Of a DNA stretch of 64,000 bases, positions 9,801 to 18,766 are shown in pieces (within the stretch, counting starts at the first letter, position 1; each line of letters begins with the position of its first letter). The DNA is from Solirubrobacterales bacterium (GTDB taxonomy: Bacteria > Actinomycetota > Thermoleophilia > Solirubrobacterales > JBBDJG01). The notes beneath the pieces are model-generated. The model made no database searches. It had not been told where the DNA came from and worked only from the letters and a program-made list of their open reading frames with translations. The DNA lies in the NCBI GenBank assembly GCA_038330145.1, contig JBBQNR010000001.1, forward strand, positions 10,500 to 74,499. The letters are read 5' to 3'. The position numbers and the translations under genes are program-made.

Positions 9801-10144
9801 TCGCCGTCTTCCTCGCGCGGCCGTGCCCCTTCTACATCCTGGACGAGGTCGAGGCCGCGCTCGACGATCGCAACATCGATCGCTTCCTGGACCTGGTGCG
9901 CCGCTACTCGGAGCGCTCGCAGTTCATCGTCATCACCCACCAGCGCCGCACGATGGAGGCCGCCGACGTCCTCTACGGCGTCAGCATGGGCAGCGACGGC
10001 ATCTCGAAGGTCGTCTCGCGCCGCCTCGGCGACGCCGGGCCTGGTGAGAGCGAGCAGCAGAGCGACGATTCCCAGCAGCCGAGCGACGATTCCCCACAGG
10101 AACAGCCCGGCGAGTCGCAGGAGCGGCTGACCGAGGCGGCATGA
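6839..10144 (+). CDS. smc: Chromosome partition protein SMC
   Basis: N-terminal GPNGSGKSNITDA Walker A, long coiled coils, a hinge, and C-terminal LSGGEKSL...FYILDEVEAALD. Confidence 0.95.
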   Translation: MYMKSIMLKGFKSFPDRTQLTFGPGVSVIVGPNGSGKSNITDAVLWALGEQSALAVRGQTMQDVIFAGSDAARSRSSADVEIVIDNSDGQLNSEFSELAITRHIDRSGEGVYRLNGARCRLVDVMEVLSDSGLGKEMHSVISQGRVEGIIHSKPVDRTALIEEAAGLSKHRKRRRRAQLKLERTQDNLDRALDVEREARSRLRPLKRQAEAAELHARLERQGLELRGRLTQESLRLVREELSAAESAATGARRRRDELEAEQSAVAHRREQTERNLAQHGHDREQLSSRLYAARSAAERISIRLESVRATEATIAGRLQRARRLLDQPREEEAGGGTLAELEAELAQLEIERDSRLASELADVEAERREAEAQGARLAGEGDARAAELEQAETAVAQARQRLREASDREQAAARVQAGLEVDLERLIARQRLTGAGTGPALADAIQVDDGYESAVAAALGGRLSAQLAEDLPGAARTVAGRGDQGGRALVMGGAVPRNSGRPPQPGAQRLLDHLHADDGIRELLVRLLADAWVVERIEGLPDDFEGIAVTLEGTAYHGALRQVRRLPAGGAQDALAARSRREEVEAELGRATAELERARSENEQATAQLASGEQQREQLEGELRELRRQREEQVERARRADWLIEQRRELGSGPADVRRRELAGQVEVERRLAETLARGQAEQAARRRRVEAAAERDEALLPTAGQLIRALEQALAATRGRLSQLEEELQADEAVGQQQAAELRRLAQSEYELQARLREASEALTQEEVRVAQIRDRESTTAAELTGISQLLGGEVEDQGPLAEEERIEVEARVERLERRRERIGPVNPLAENEYKEAVEHVDELEGQRKDLESALSELRGLIRETDRRIREAFEETFEIAARNFEEMVQHLFPGGRGKLRLVKPQRPRVVLGGAEAPDDEPVAEEGLGAAPEPGAGEATAESVADMADPKDDTPGVEIEVTPAGKSTKRLSLLSGGEKSLVALGFLFAVFLARPCPFYILDEVEAALDDRNIDRFLDLVRRYSERSQFIVITHQRRTMEAADVLYGVSMGSDGISKVVSRRLGDAGPGESEQQSDDSQQPSDDSPQEQPGESQERLTEAA

Positions 10145-10785
10145 CCTCGGGCGCGGGCGGCGCCATTGTCGCCCACGGCCCCAGCGCATCTGCGCGCTTC
10201 TCGCTCAGCTTCGACGACGGCCCCAGCCCCTGCACCGAGCGGCTGCTCGATCTGCTGGCCGGCAGCGCAGTGAAGGCAACCTTCTTCATGGTCGGCAGCC
10301 AGCTTCTGCGCGAGCCGGAGATCGGCGCGCTGGTGCGCGACGCCGGTCACGAGATCGGCGTGCACTCGATGGAGCACCTCGACCACGCGGAGGTCGGCCG
10401 CGAGGCCTCTGTCGCCGACGTCGTCGAAGGCGCGGCGACGATCGAGCAGACGCTGGGCGTGGCTCCACGCCTGTTCCGCGCCCCCTACGGGCACTTCGTT
10501 CCCGGCACGCTGGCCGAGGCCGAGGCCGAGCGGGGCGGCTGGACCTGCGTCCACTGGAGCGCCTGGGGCGAGGACTGGAGGGAGGGTGAGACGCGCGAGT
10601 CGATCGCCGCCCGCGTGATCGCGGACCTGCGGCCCGGCGCGATCGTGCTGTTGCACGACGGCAGGCGCGAGCAGGCGATCGAATGCGACCACGTGCTGGG
10701 CGCGGTTGAGGACGTGCTGGCGGAGGCGGGGCGGCGCGGACTGGAGCCGGTCACGGTCGGCGAGTTGCTCGGCCTCGGAAGGTAG
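10141..10785 (+). CDS. Polysaccharide deacetylase (NodB homology domain)
   Basis: FSLSFDDGPSP...ATFFMVG...HSMEH motifs are present. ATGA overlap with the smc stop. Confidence 0.8.
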   Translation: MTSGAGGAIVAHGPSASARFSLSFDDGPSPCTERLLDLLAGSAVKATFFMVGSQLLREPEIGALVRDAGHEIGVHSMEHLDHAEVGREASVADVVEGAATIEQTLGVAPRLFRAPYGHFVPGTLAEAEAERGGWTCVHWSAWGEDWREGETRESIAARVIADLRPGAIVLLHDGRREQAIECDHVLGAVEDVLAEAGRRGLEPVTVGELLGLGR

Positions 10786-10815
10786 ACGCTTCGGCCGCGC
10801 CTAGAATCCGCCGCC

Positions 10816-11805
10816 ATGGCCAAGAGCTGGCAGGAGGTCTTCGACACCGGTAACGGGGCTGCGCCCGAGGTTGCTGCGGACGAGCCCGAGAAACAGAGTG
10901 GCTTCTTTCGCCGCCTGCGCGAGAACCTCGCGCGCAGCAGGGAGGCGCTGACCGTTGAGCTGCGCGCCAGCTTCGTCGGCACGCTCGACGACGAGACCTG
11001 GGAGCGGCTGGAGGAGGCGCTGATCTACGCCGACGTCGGCGCGCGCACTACGGCGAAGGTGGTCGAGCGGCTGGAGCAGGAGGCCGAGGAGGGTGGAATC
11101 GAGAGCGGGGAGGACCTCTCGCGCCGACTGGCCGAGACCCTCGCTCAGCTCGCCCGCGTCGGCGACGACCGAATCGACGTCTCGCACTCGCCGTCGGTGA
11201 TCCTGGCCGTGGGCGTGAACGGGACCGGCAAGACGACCACGATCGGCAAGATCGCCTGGCATCTCCAGAAGGAGATGGGCCGCTCCGTGATCATGGCCGC
11301 TGGCGACACCTACCGGGCGGCGGCCCAGGAGCAGCTCGCCGAGTGGGCGGATCGCGCCGGTTGCGAGATCGTCAGCGCGGCGCCGGGATCGGACCCGGGC
11401 GCGGTCGTTTTTGACGCCATCGAGGCCGCACGAGCACGCGGGCACGACGTCGTGATCGCCGACACGGCCGGCCGGCTGCACACGCAGGTGCCGCTGATGG
11501 AGGAGCTGTCGAAGGTGCGGCGCGTGATCGAGAAGCAGATCGAGGGAGCGCCGCACGAGACGCTCCTGGTCGTCGACGCCACCACGGGCCAGAACGGGCT
11601 GCGCCAGGCAAAGCTGTTCCAGGAGGCAGTCGAGGTCAGCGGCATCGTGCTGACGAAGCTCGATGGCACCGCAAAGGGCGGCATCGCGCTGGCGATCGCA
11701 GAGGAGCTTGGCCTGCCGGTGAAGCTGATCGGCATCGGCGAGCAGCTCGAGGACCTGCGCCCGTTCGACCCGGACGACTTCGCAAGCGCGCTACTGGAGC
11801 CGTAA
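10816..11805 (+). CDS. ftsY: Signal recognition particle receptor FtsY
   Basis: GVNGTGKTTTIGK, DTAGR and TKLDGTAKGG SRP-GTPase motifs. Confidence 0.95.
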   Translation: MAKSWQEVFDTGNGAAPEVAADEPEKQSGFFRRLRENLARSREALTVELRASFVGTLDDETWERLEEALIYADVGARTTAKVVERLEQEAEEGGIESGEDLSRRLAETLAQLARVGDDRIDVSHSPSVILAVGVNGTGKTTTIGKIAWHLQKEMGRSVIMAAGDTYRAAAQEQLAEWADRAGCEIVSAAPGSDPGAVVFDAIEAARARGHDVVIADTAGRLHTQVPLMEELSKVRRVIEKQIEGAPHETLLVVDATTGQNGLRQAKLFQEAVEVSGIVLTKLDGTAKGGIALAIAEELGLPVKLIGIGEQLEDLRPFDPDDFASALLEP

Positions 11806-11842
11806 GCGCTTCGGTACCCGGAACCTTCGGTACAGGAAAGCG

Positions 11843-11869
11843 ACCGGCCCCGAGAATGTCGGGGCCGGT
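11843..11869. terminator. Hairpin between convergent ftsY and the sulfite reductase gene
   Basis: accggccccga-gaatg-tcggggccggt forms an 11-bp perfect stem. There is no clear U tract. Confidence 0.5.
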
Positions 11870-11925
11870 ACGCGGGAGGCGGTGGAATACGGCATGTTCA
11901 AAGTGCGCGAGCGAGGGAAGGAGAC

Positions 11926-13761
11926 TCAGACCGCGCACTCACCTTCGCCGCGCTCCACCCGGTAAGCGTCCTTACGTTCCCAGTCGATGAACTGGTTCAT
12001 GTTCTCGACGCTGAACTCCACCGGCAGCGTGAGGTCCTTGACCACGCCGACGAACTCGTCGTCGCCGACGCGCTCCACGAAGTCGTTGAATGGCTCGCCG
12101 TCGTTGCGCTTCTCCTGGTAGAGCCGCACCCAGCGCTCAATCGCGTCGGGAACGCGCTTGGCCGGAAAGCGGACCTTGAGGCGCTTGGCCATCTTCACCT
12201 CGCCGCCCTCGTACTGGCCGCCGAGGTGGGCGATGTAAGCGGGCAGGTGGCGGTCGCCGACCTTGATCGAGGCGCCGTAGAAGCCGATGTTCGCGATGTG
12301 GTGCTGACTGCACCCGTTCGGGCAGCCGCTCATCTTGACGTGGATCTGCTTCGTCAGCGGGTCATCGATCTGCATCTGTTCGAGGCGCTCGCGCACGACG
12401 GTGTTGAGGCCCATCGAGCTGGTGATGCCGAGCTTGCAGCTATCGGTGCCCGGGCAGCTCACGACGTCGGTGATTTCATGCGCGCCTGCTTCGGCGAGGC
12501 CGATCTCCTTCAGGCGCAGCCAGACGTCGTAGAGGCTCTCGTTGCGGATCCAGCGCAGGACCAGGTTCTGCTGCACGCTGGTGCGGGCGTGGCCGCCGGT
12601 GAAGTCGCGCATGATCTGCGCCAGGCTGCGGAACTGATCCGGTGAGAGGTCGCCTCGGATGACACGCACCTCGGCGGTGGAGAAGCCCTGCTGCCGTTGC
12701 GGCTCCACGTTCGATGCGACCCAGCGCTCGAAGTCGCTTGCATCGCCGTTGGGGCTCGCGAAGCTCGACGGCACGGGGGGAGCGAGCGCCTCCTCGTCGT
12801 AATCGAACAGCAGCGGCTCGGGGTCGAAGTCACGCTCGTTGACCCAGTCGCCCTTCAGCTCCTCGTCCACCTGCTTGCGGAACTCGTCGATCCCGATGCG
12901 GTCGATCAGGAACTTGATGCGGGCGCGGGCACGGTTGGCGCGCAGCTCCTCCTGGCGGTTGAAGATGCGCAGCATCGCCTCGGTGACCTTGAGGTAGTCG
13001 CTCAGCGGCACGAAGTCGTAGAGGACGTGGGCAATGCGCGGCATGATCGAAGTGCCGCCGCCGGTGCGCATCTCGAAGCCCTGCACGAGCTGTCCGTCGA
13101 CCTCGCGCTCGCGCGGCAGCAGGCCGAGGTCGTGGATGCCCGTGATGGCGCGGTCCTCGTCGGTGGCCGTGAACGCCACCTTGAACTTGCGTGGCATCAG
13201 CTGGCAGACGTCGTTGCGCACGAAATAGCGCACGAACGCGCCCACATAGGGAGTGGGGTCGAAGATCTCGCCCTCGCCGACGCCCGCCCACGGGTCGCCA
13301 CTCACGTTGCGCACCGTGTTGCCGCAGGCCTCGCGGCTGGAGAGGCCGGCCTTGGACATGAGGCGGATCGCCTTGGCGGCCTCGGGTAGTGGGATGTGGT
13401 GGAACTGGATGTTCTGGCGCGTCGTGATGTGGCCCTTGACGAGCGGCGTGAAGCGCTCCGCGATCTCCGCGAAGGCGTCCATCTGGTCGGGAGTGACGCC
13501 GCCGAAGGGAAGCTTGACCCGGATCATCTGCACGTCGGGCTGGCGCTGGCCGTAGACGCCCTGCTTGAGGCGGAAGCCGATGAACTCGCCCTCCTCGATG
13601 TCGCGCTTGATGAAGCTGTCGACGTTGGTGTCGAAGTCGTCGAACTCGCGCTCGATGATGGGGATTACTTGACCAGGGACGTTCTCGTAAACCTCGGGGT
13701 TGGTACGAGAGCCGACCCGGCCATTCGTCTTCGTCTGCGGTGGTGCCTGGACTGGCTCCAT
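11926..13761 (-). CDS. Ferredoxin-dependent sulfite/nitrite reductase (NirA/Sir family)
   Basis: Duplicated nitrite/sulfite reductase ferredoxin-like halves. Siroheme/4Fe-4S cysteine cluster CPGTDSCKLG...SGCPNGCSQHH. AGGAGG lies 7 nt upstream of the ATG. Confidence 0.9.
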   Translation of the reverse strand: MEPVQAPPQTKTNGRVGSRTNPEVYENVPGQVIPIIEREFDDFDTNVDSFIKRDIEEGEFIGFRLKQGVYGQRQPDVQMIRVKLPFGGVTPDQMDAFAEIAERFTPLVKGHITTRQNIQFHHIPLPEAAKAIRLMSKAGLSSREACGNTVRNVSGDPWAGVGEGEIFDPTPYVGAFVRYFVRNDVCQLMPRKFKVAFTATDEDRAITGIHDLGLLPREREVDGQLVQGFEMRTGGGTSIMPRIAHVLYDFVPLSDYLKVTEAMLRIFNRQEELRANRARARIKFLIDRIGIDEFRKQVDEELKGDWVNERDFDPEPLLFDYDEEALAPPVPSSFASPNGDASDFERWVASNVEPQRQQGFSTAEVRVIRGDLSPDQFRSLAQIMRDFTGGHARTSVQQNLVLRWIRNESLYDVWLRLKEIGLAEAGAHEITDVVSCPGTDSCKLGITSSMGLNTVVRERLEQMQIDDPLTKQIHVKMSGCPNGCSQHHIANIGFYGASIKVGDRHLPAYIAHLGGQYEGGEVKMAKRLKVRFPAKRVPDAIERWVRLYQEKRNDGEPFNDFVERVGDDEFVGVVKDLTLPVEFSVENMNQFIDWERKDAYRVERGEGECAV

Positions 13762-13847
13762 GGACGTGCCTCCTGGCTGCTTCCGGGTTGGGCCAATATA
13801 GCAAAAACCCGGGCGGAATTAGGGTATTTCGCTCTACGCCAGGCCGA
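13762..13847 (-). promoter_or_regulatory. AT-rich promoter candidate for the sulfite reductase gene
   Basis: The minus strand reads ...cccgggtttttGcTATATTggcccaacccgg..AGGAGGcacgtccATG. This is a TGnTATATT-like extended -10 (plus coordinates 13795-13803) within the only AT-rich patch of the interval. Confidence 0.3.
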
Positions 13848-15326
13848 TCAGCGGCTCGCGGCACGGCGCGCGACCGCCAGCTCCCTCGCCACCGCCTCGC
13901 GCTGGTTCGGTATGGCAAGCCGGCGTTCCAGCAGGGGGATTGCCTCGGCCGGACGCCCGCTAAGGCGCAGCGAGCGGCCCAGGTTGTAGAGCGCATAGGC
14001 GTAGGTGAGGTCGCGACTGCCGGAGGGGAACGCGGCCACGGCCTTCTGGAGGACGGGGATCGCCTGGTCGTAGCGCCCGGCCCGCATGAGCCCGAAGCCC
14101 TCGTCGTTGAGGCTGGAGGCGTCGGCGGCGGCCACCTGACCGGTGCTCGCTGGCGTCGGGGTCGCAGCCGGCTGGCCCCCGTCCCGCTGCTGCGATGCCT
14201 TGGATGCGCGATCGGCGGCCGAACGGTCCGCCTGCTTGCCGCCGGCCCCCGAACCACCGTCGCCACCGGTCAGGGCCGATGCGGCCAGCAGTCCGGCGGC
14301 GATCGCCGCCACCACGAAGGCCGCAACCGGCAGCCAGCGACGAAGGTCGCGCCCGGGGGAATCGTAGGTCGAGAGCGGCGGCTGGATCGTTGGCGTGGCT
14401 CGCGAGGGCGCCGCCTGCGGCCGGACGTCCGGCTCTTCCTCAGCCGCGGGAAGCGTGGGCAGCCCGAGCGCGCCTGCGAGCGCAGCGACGAGGGCGGTTG
14501 CGCTTGGCCAGCGCTCGCCGGGATCCTTCGCCAGGCCACGCATGACGACGGCATCGACGATCGGGGACAGCGACGGCACGCGCCGGCTGGGCAGCTCCGG
14601 GTCCTCCTCGAGGTGGCGACGCGCCTGCTCGACGAAGCCCCCGCCGCCATAGGGCCGCGTGCCGGTCAGGAGCTCGAGGGCAACCAGCGCGAGCGAATAT
14701 CGATCGCTGGCGGGGCTGCCCGACTCACCGCGTGCCTGCTCGGGCGAGATATACGCGGCTGTCCCCAGCAGCTCGCCGCTGCGGGTGAGCTGTTTCTCGT
14801 AGGCGGCACGGGCGATGCCGAAGTCAGCGATCACGAGCCGCCCGCGGTCGTCGAACAGCAGGTTGCCGGGCTTCACGTCGCGATGCACGACTCCCTGCTC
14901 GTGGGCGAAGTCCAGCGCCGAAGCCGCCTGGCGCAGCCACGGGATCCACTGCCGCGGCGAGATCCGCCTGCCCGGGTCGAGCCGCTCTGCAAGCGTCCCG
15001 CCGGGCAGGTACTCCATCACTATGTGGGGGCGACCGTCGTGCTGGCCGACGTCGAAGATCGTGATCACGTTCGGGTGGCCGGAGAGGCCGGCAGCGGTGC
15101 GCGCCTCGCGCTCGAAGCGCTCGACCAGCTGCGGGTCCACGGCAAGGTTGTCCGCCAGCAGCTTGACCGCCACCTGGCGGCCGAGCAGCTCGTCCTGCGC
15201 CAGCCAGATCGAGCTCATGCCACCGGCCGCGAGGCGACGCAGGGGACGGTAGCGGGAGGGAAGGGACACCGCCGGCTGCTCGGCCCGGCCCTGTCCTGCC
15301 AGCGTCCTGGTCACTTCCGTGTCCAC
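13848..15326 (-). CDS. Ser/Thr protein kinase with proline-rich linker, TM segment and C-terminal TPR-like repeats
   Basis: VAVKLL, HRDVKPGNLLF, DFGIAR and ISPEQ kinase subdomains are present. The C-terminus reads GRYDQAIPVLQKAV...YALYNLGRSLRLSGR. GTG start. Confidence 0.9.
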   Translation of the reverse strand: MDTEVTRTLAGQGRAEQPAVSLPSRYRPLRRLAAGGMSSIWLAQDELLGRQVAVKLLADNLAVDPQLVERFEREARTAAGLSGHPNVITIFDVGQHDGRPHIVMEYLPGGTLAERLDPGRRISPRQWIPWLRQAASALDFAHEQGVVHRDVKPGNLLFDDRGRLVIADFGIARAAYEKQLTRSGELLGTAAYISPEQARGESGSPASDRYSLALVALELLTGTRPYGGGGFVEQARRHLEEDPELPSRRVPSLSPIVDAVVMRGLAKDPGERWPSATALVAALAGALGLPTLPAAEEEPDVRPQAAPSRATPTIQPPLSTYDSPGRDLRRWLPVAAFVVAAIAAGLLAASALTGGDGGSGAGGKQADRSAADRASKASQQRDGGQPAATPTPASTGQVAAADASSLNDEGFGLMRAGRYDQAIPVLQKAVAAFPSGSRDLTYAYALYNLGRSLRLSGRPAEAIPLLERRLAIPNQREAVARELAVARRAASR

Positions 15327-15382
15327 GCAAGCCCCTTACCCGCGATCGGGGTGATCGCAACAGGCGCCTATGCTTTACACCG

Positions 15383-16717
15383 ATGTTCGAGACCCTCTCC
15401 GACAAGCTCCAGGGCGTGCTCTCCGACGTTCGCTCGCGCGGCAAGCTGAGCGAGGACGACGTCAACAAGGCGATGCGGGAGATCCGGCTCGCCCTGCTCG
15501 AGGCCGACGTCAACTTCAAGGTCGTGAAGCAGTTCACCGCCACGCTCAAGGAGAGGGCGATGGGCCGGGAAGTGCTGGACAGCCTCAATCCCGGCCAGCA
15601 GGTCGTCAAGGTCGTCAACGAGGAGCTGACCACGCTGATGGGCGAGGCGTCCCGAGAGATCACATTCGCCCCCAACCCGCCGACGGTGATCCTGATGGCG
15701 GGGCTGCAAGGGTCGGGCAAGACGACGGCATGCGGCAAGCTCGCCCGCCTCTTGCGCGAGGAGAAGGGCAAGGACGTGGCGCTGGCGGCCTGCGACGTCT
15801 ACCGGCCGGCGGCCGTCGAGCAGCTCGTGAAGGTCGGGGAGCAGGCCGGAGCGACCGTGTACGAGCAGGGGACCGACCGCGACCCGCGCGACATCGCCGA
15901 GTACGCGCTCGACCAGGCCAAGCGCGAGGGCAAGGACGTTCTGATCGTGGACACCTCCGGCCGGCTTCACATCGACGAGGATCTGATGAAGGAGCTGGCC
16001 GACATCAAGAAGCGGGTCAAGCCACACAACGTGCTTCTGGTCGTCGACGCGATGACCGGTCAGGACGCCGTCAACGTCGCCGAGCAATTCGCCGAGACGG
16101 CACAGTTCGACGGAGTCGTGATGACGAAGCTCGACGGCGACTCACGCGGCGGCGCGGCGCTCTCGATCAAGTCGGTCACCGGCAAGCCGATCCTGTACGC
16201 GTCGACCGGCGAGAAGCTGGCCGAGTTCGAGCCCTTCCACCCGGACCGCATGTCGTCGCGCATCCTCGGCATGGGCGATGTGCTGTCGTTCATCGAGAAG
16301 GCAGAGAAGGCCGTCGACGCGGACCGCGCGGAGGAGCTCGAGCGCAAGATCCGCAAGCAGCAGTTCGGCTTCGACGACTTCCTCGACCAGATGAAGCAGC
16401 TGCGCCGCATGGGCCCGATCGGCAACATGCTCGGGATGCTGCCGGGCTTCGGCCAGCTGAAGCAGCTGAAGTCGGCCAAGTTCGACGAGCGCGAGCTAGA
16501 CCGTGTCGAGGCGATCGTGACCTCGATGACACCCGAGGAGCGCCGCAACCCGAAGCTGATCGACGGATCGCGCCGCAAGCGGATCGCTGCCGGTTCAGGA
16601 ACGTCGGTGCAGGCCGTCAATCAGCTCATCAAGCAGTTCGGCCAGATGCAGAAGATGATGCGCCAGCTGCAGTCGGGCAAGATGCCCTCGATCGATCAGC
16701 TGACGCAGGGCCTGTAA
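15383..16717 (+). CDS. ffh: Signal recognition particle protein Ffh
   Basis: [14 protein letters not shown] and [14 protein letters not shown] motifs plus a methionine-rich M domain. Confidence 0.95.
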   Translation: MFETLSDKLQGVLSDVRSRGKLSEDDVNKAMREIRLALLEADVNFKVVKQFTATLKERAMGREVLDSLNPGQQVVKVVNEELTTLMGEASREITFAPNPPTVILMAGLQGSGKTTACGKLARLLREEKGKDVALAACDVYRPAAVEQLVKVGEQAGATVYEQGTDRDPRDIAEYALDQAKREGKDVLIVDTSGRLHIDEDLMKELADIKKRVKPHNVLLVVDAMTGQDAVNVAEQFAETAQFDGVVMTKLDGDSRGGAALSIKSVTGKPILYASTGEKLAEFEPFHPDRMSSRILGMGDVLSFIEKAEKAVDADRAEELERKIRKQQFGFDDFLDQMKQLRRMGPIGNMLGMLPGFGQLKQLKSAKFDERELDRVEAIVTSMTPEERRNPKLIDGSRRKRIAAGSGTSVQAVNQLIKQFGQMQKMMRQLQSGKMPSIDQLTQGL

Positions 16718-16761
16718 GGTTTGGCGCCGGCTTTTCCGCAATACGACAGAGGAACGAGACT

Positions 16762-17004
16762 TTGGCTGTAACGATCAGACTGACCCGCGTGGGCGCCCGC
16801 AACAACCCGATCTGGCGCGTCGTCGCGGCCGACCGGCGTTCGCCGCGCGATGGGCGCTTCCTCGAGGTGCTTGGGCAATACAACCCGCAGACGGAGCCGT
16901 CGACCATCGAGCTCGACGAGGAGGGCATCCGCAAGTGGCTCAGCAAGGGAGCTCAGCCGAGCCAAACGGTCAAGAGGCTGCTGAAGGCAAAGGGCATCGC
17001 CTGA
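16762..17004 (+). CDS. rpsP: 30S ribosomal protein S16
   Basis: (M)[44 protein letters not shown] start with GAGGAA upstream. It occupies only the last 243 nt of track ORF 15370..17004. Confidence 0.9.
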   Translation: MAVTIRLTRVGARNNPIWRVVAADRRSPRDGRFLEVLGQYNPQTEPSTIELDEEGIRKWLSKGAQPSQTVKRLLKAKGIA

Positions 17005-17234
17005 AGGAGCTGCTCGAGTTCCTCGCAAAGACGCTGGTCGACAACCCAGACCAGGTTGAGGTTCGCGAGTATGACGAGGACGACGACACGATCGTGTTCG
17101 AGCTGATCGTGGCCGACGAGGACCGCGGCAAGGTGATCGGCCGCGAGGGCCGCACCGCCAAGGCGCTGCGCTCCGTCCTCAAGGCCGGCGGTCTCAAGGA
17201 CGGCAAGCGGGTGCTCGTCGAGATCGTCGACTAG
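17001..17234 (+). CDS. KH domain RNA-binding protein (YlqC/UPF0109 family)
   Basis: (L/M)[20 protein letters not shown]...[20 protein letters not shown] aligns from its first residue with family members that begin MKEL. That residue is CTG 17001, nested in the rpsP TGA. The alternative start ATG 16935 would overlap rpsP by 70 nt. Confidence 0.8.
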   Translation: MKELLEFLAKTLVDNPDQVEVREYDEDDDTIVFELIVADEDRGKVIGREGRTAKALRSVLKAGGLKDGKRVLVEIVD

Positions 17235-17265
17235 GCGGGCGTAGCGTGCGGCTACGCGACCTCCT

Positions 17266-17943
17266 ATGAACATCGACGTATTCACGCTGTTCCCGGAATG
17301 GTTCAACTGGTTCCGTGGCCAGCGACACGTGGTGAACGGGCTGAGGCTCGGCCACCAGCTTCGGTTCTTCAACTACCGTGACACGACGCCGCTCTCTCAC
17401 GGGCAGGTCGACGACACGCCATATGGCGGCGGCGCCGGCATGGTGATCAGGGTCGACGTCGTCGACGCCGCCCTGGATGCGGTCTACGGCCCCGAGCGGA
17501 GGCCGTCGCCGTCCGCGCGCACGGTGCTCCTGACGCCTTCCGGGCGCCCGTTCGACGACCCGGTCGCGGACGAGCTGGCGGGGCTGGAGCGGCTCACGCT
17601 GCTCTGCGGCCGCTACGAGGGCGTCGACGAGCGGGTGCGCGAGAACCTCGCCGACGACGCGATCTCGATCGGGCGCTACGTGCTCTCGGGCGGCGAGCTG
17701 CCGGCGATGGTCATCGCCGACGCGGTGCTGCGCAAGCTGCCGGGCACGCTCGGCAGTGAGGAGAGCGCCCTGGAGGAGTCGTTCTCGCCGGCCCTGGAGG
17801 GTGGCCCGGAGTACCCGCATTACACGCGCCCGGCGAGTTACCGCGACTGGGAGGTTCCGGAGGTCCTGCTATCGGGCGATCATGCCCGCATCCGCAGCTG
17901 GCGACTGGAGCGCAGCGCCGCTCGCAGCGACCCTCAGGGCTGA
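17266..17943 (+). CDS. trmD: tRNA (guanine37-N1)-methyltransferase
   Basis: [13 protein letters not shown]..., YGGGAGMV, and RYEGVDERV...[17 protein letters not shown]. Confidence 0.95.
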   Translation: MNIDVFTLFPEWFNWFRGQRHVVNGLRLGHQLRFFNYRDTTPLSHGQVDDTPYGGGAGMVIRVDVVDAALDAVYGPERRPSPSARTVLLTPSGRPFDDPVADELAGLERLTLLCGRYEGVDERVRENLADDAISIGRYVLSGGELPAMVIADAVLRKLPGTLGSEESALEESFSPALEGGPEYPHYTRPASYRDWEVPEVLLSGDHARIRSWRLERSAARSDPQG

Positions 17944-18038
17944 CTGGCTGGGCGCGGGGGTCCGCTAACATCACCGCTCCCGCCGGTACTTCTCGCGCCA
18001 GACGCCCAGAGACTCTCCGGCCACGTGCCTCCGAATTC

Positions 18039-18764
18039 ATGAGCGAGCTGATCCAGAGCATCGAGCGCCGTCAGTTGCGCCGGGACATCCCGCGCTTCCG
18101 TGAGGGTGACCGTGTTCGGGTCCACTTCCAGGTGATCGAGGGAACCCGGCGCCGGACGCAGGTTTTCGAAGGGGTCGTGATTCGGCTCCAGGGTGCCGGC
18201 TCCCGGCGCACGTTCACGGTCCGAAAGCTCTCCTTCGGGATCGGCGTCGAGCGGACATTCCCGCTCCACTCGCCCAAGGTAGAGAAGATCGAGATCGCAG
18301 CGCGAGGGGACGTGCGAAGGGCCAAGCTCTACTACCTGCGTGGCCGCATCGGCCGCCGGGCGCGCGTTCGAGAGCGGCGTGACGTCGGCCCGGAGGGGTT
18401 CATGTACGTCGGGCCCGACGACGCGGAGGCGCCGGGGGCCGATGGCGCGGAGGCGCCAGGAGTCGACGGTGCGGAAGCCGCGGAGGCGATGGAGGTGGTT
18501 GAGTCCGCGGACGACGGAGCCGCTGCCGCTGCGCCCGCCGAGGTCACCGAGCCCGAGGCAGACGCAGAACAGCAGCCGGTAGCCGAACCGGCGGCAGAAG
18601 CGGAAGCAGAGCAGCAGCCGGTAGCCGAACCGGAGCAGCAGCCCCAGGCGGAGGGGGACCAGGCCGCCGACCAGGTCGACGCTGACGGCGCGGCCGAGTC
18701 GCAGGAGGAGCAGCCTACGACCGAGCCGGACCAGCCCGAGGTCGAGACCGAGGAAAAGGGCTAG
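18039..18764 (+). CDS. rplS: 50S ribosomal protein L19 with a long acidic C-terminal extension
   Basis: The first ~115 aa are canonical L19 ([27 protein letters not shown]...RRAKLYYLR). About 125 further aa follow, rich in A/E/D/P/Q with internal repeats. Confidence 0.9.
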   Translation: MSELIQSIERRQLRRDIPRFREGDRVRVHFQVIEGTRRRTQVFEGVVIRLQGAGSRRTFTVRKLSFGIGVERTFPLHSPKVEKIEIAARGDVRRAKLYYLRGRIGRRARVRERRDVGPEGFMYVGPDDAEAPGADGAEAPGVDGAEAAEAMEVVESADDGAAAAAPAEVTEPEADAEQQPVAEPAAEAEAEQQPVAEPEQQPQAEGDQAADQVDADGAAESQEEQPTTEPDQPEVETEEKG

Positions 18765-18766
18765 CC

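Noticed and set aside
15370-16761. 544-aa plus-strand ORF overlapping ffh in another frame
   Set aside because: It is Arg/Gly/Asp-rich nonsense until the last 81 codons, which are S16. Ffh in the other frame has all SRP54 motifs.
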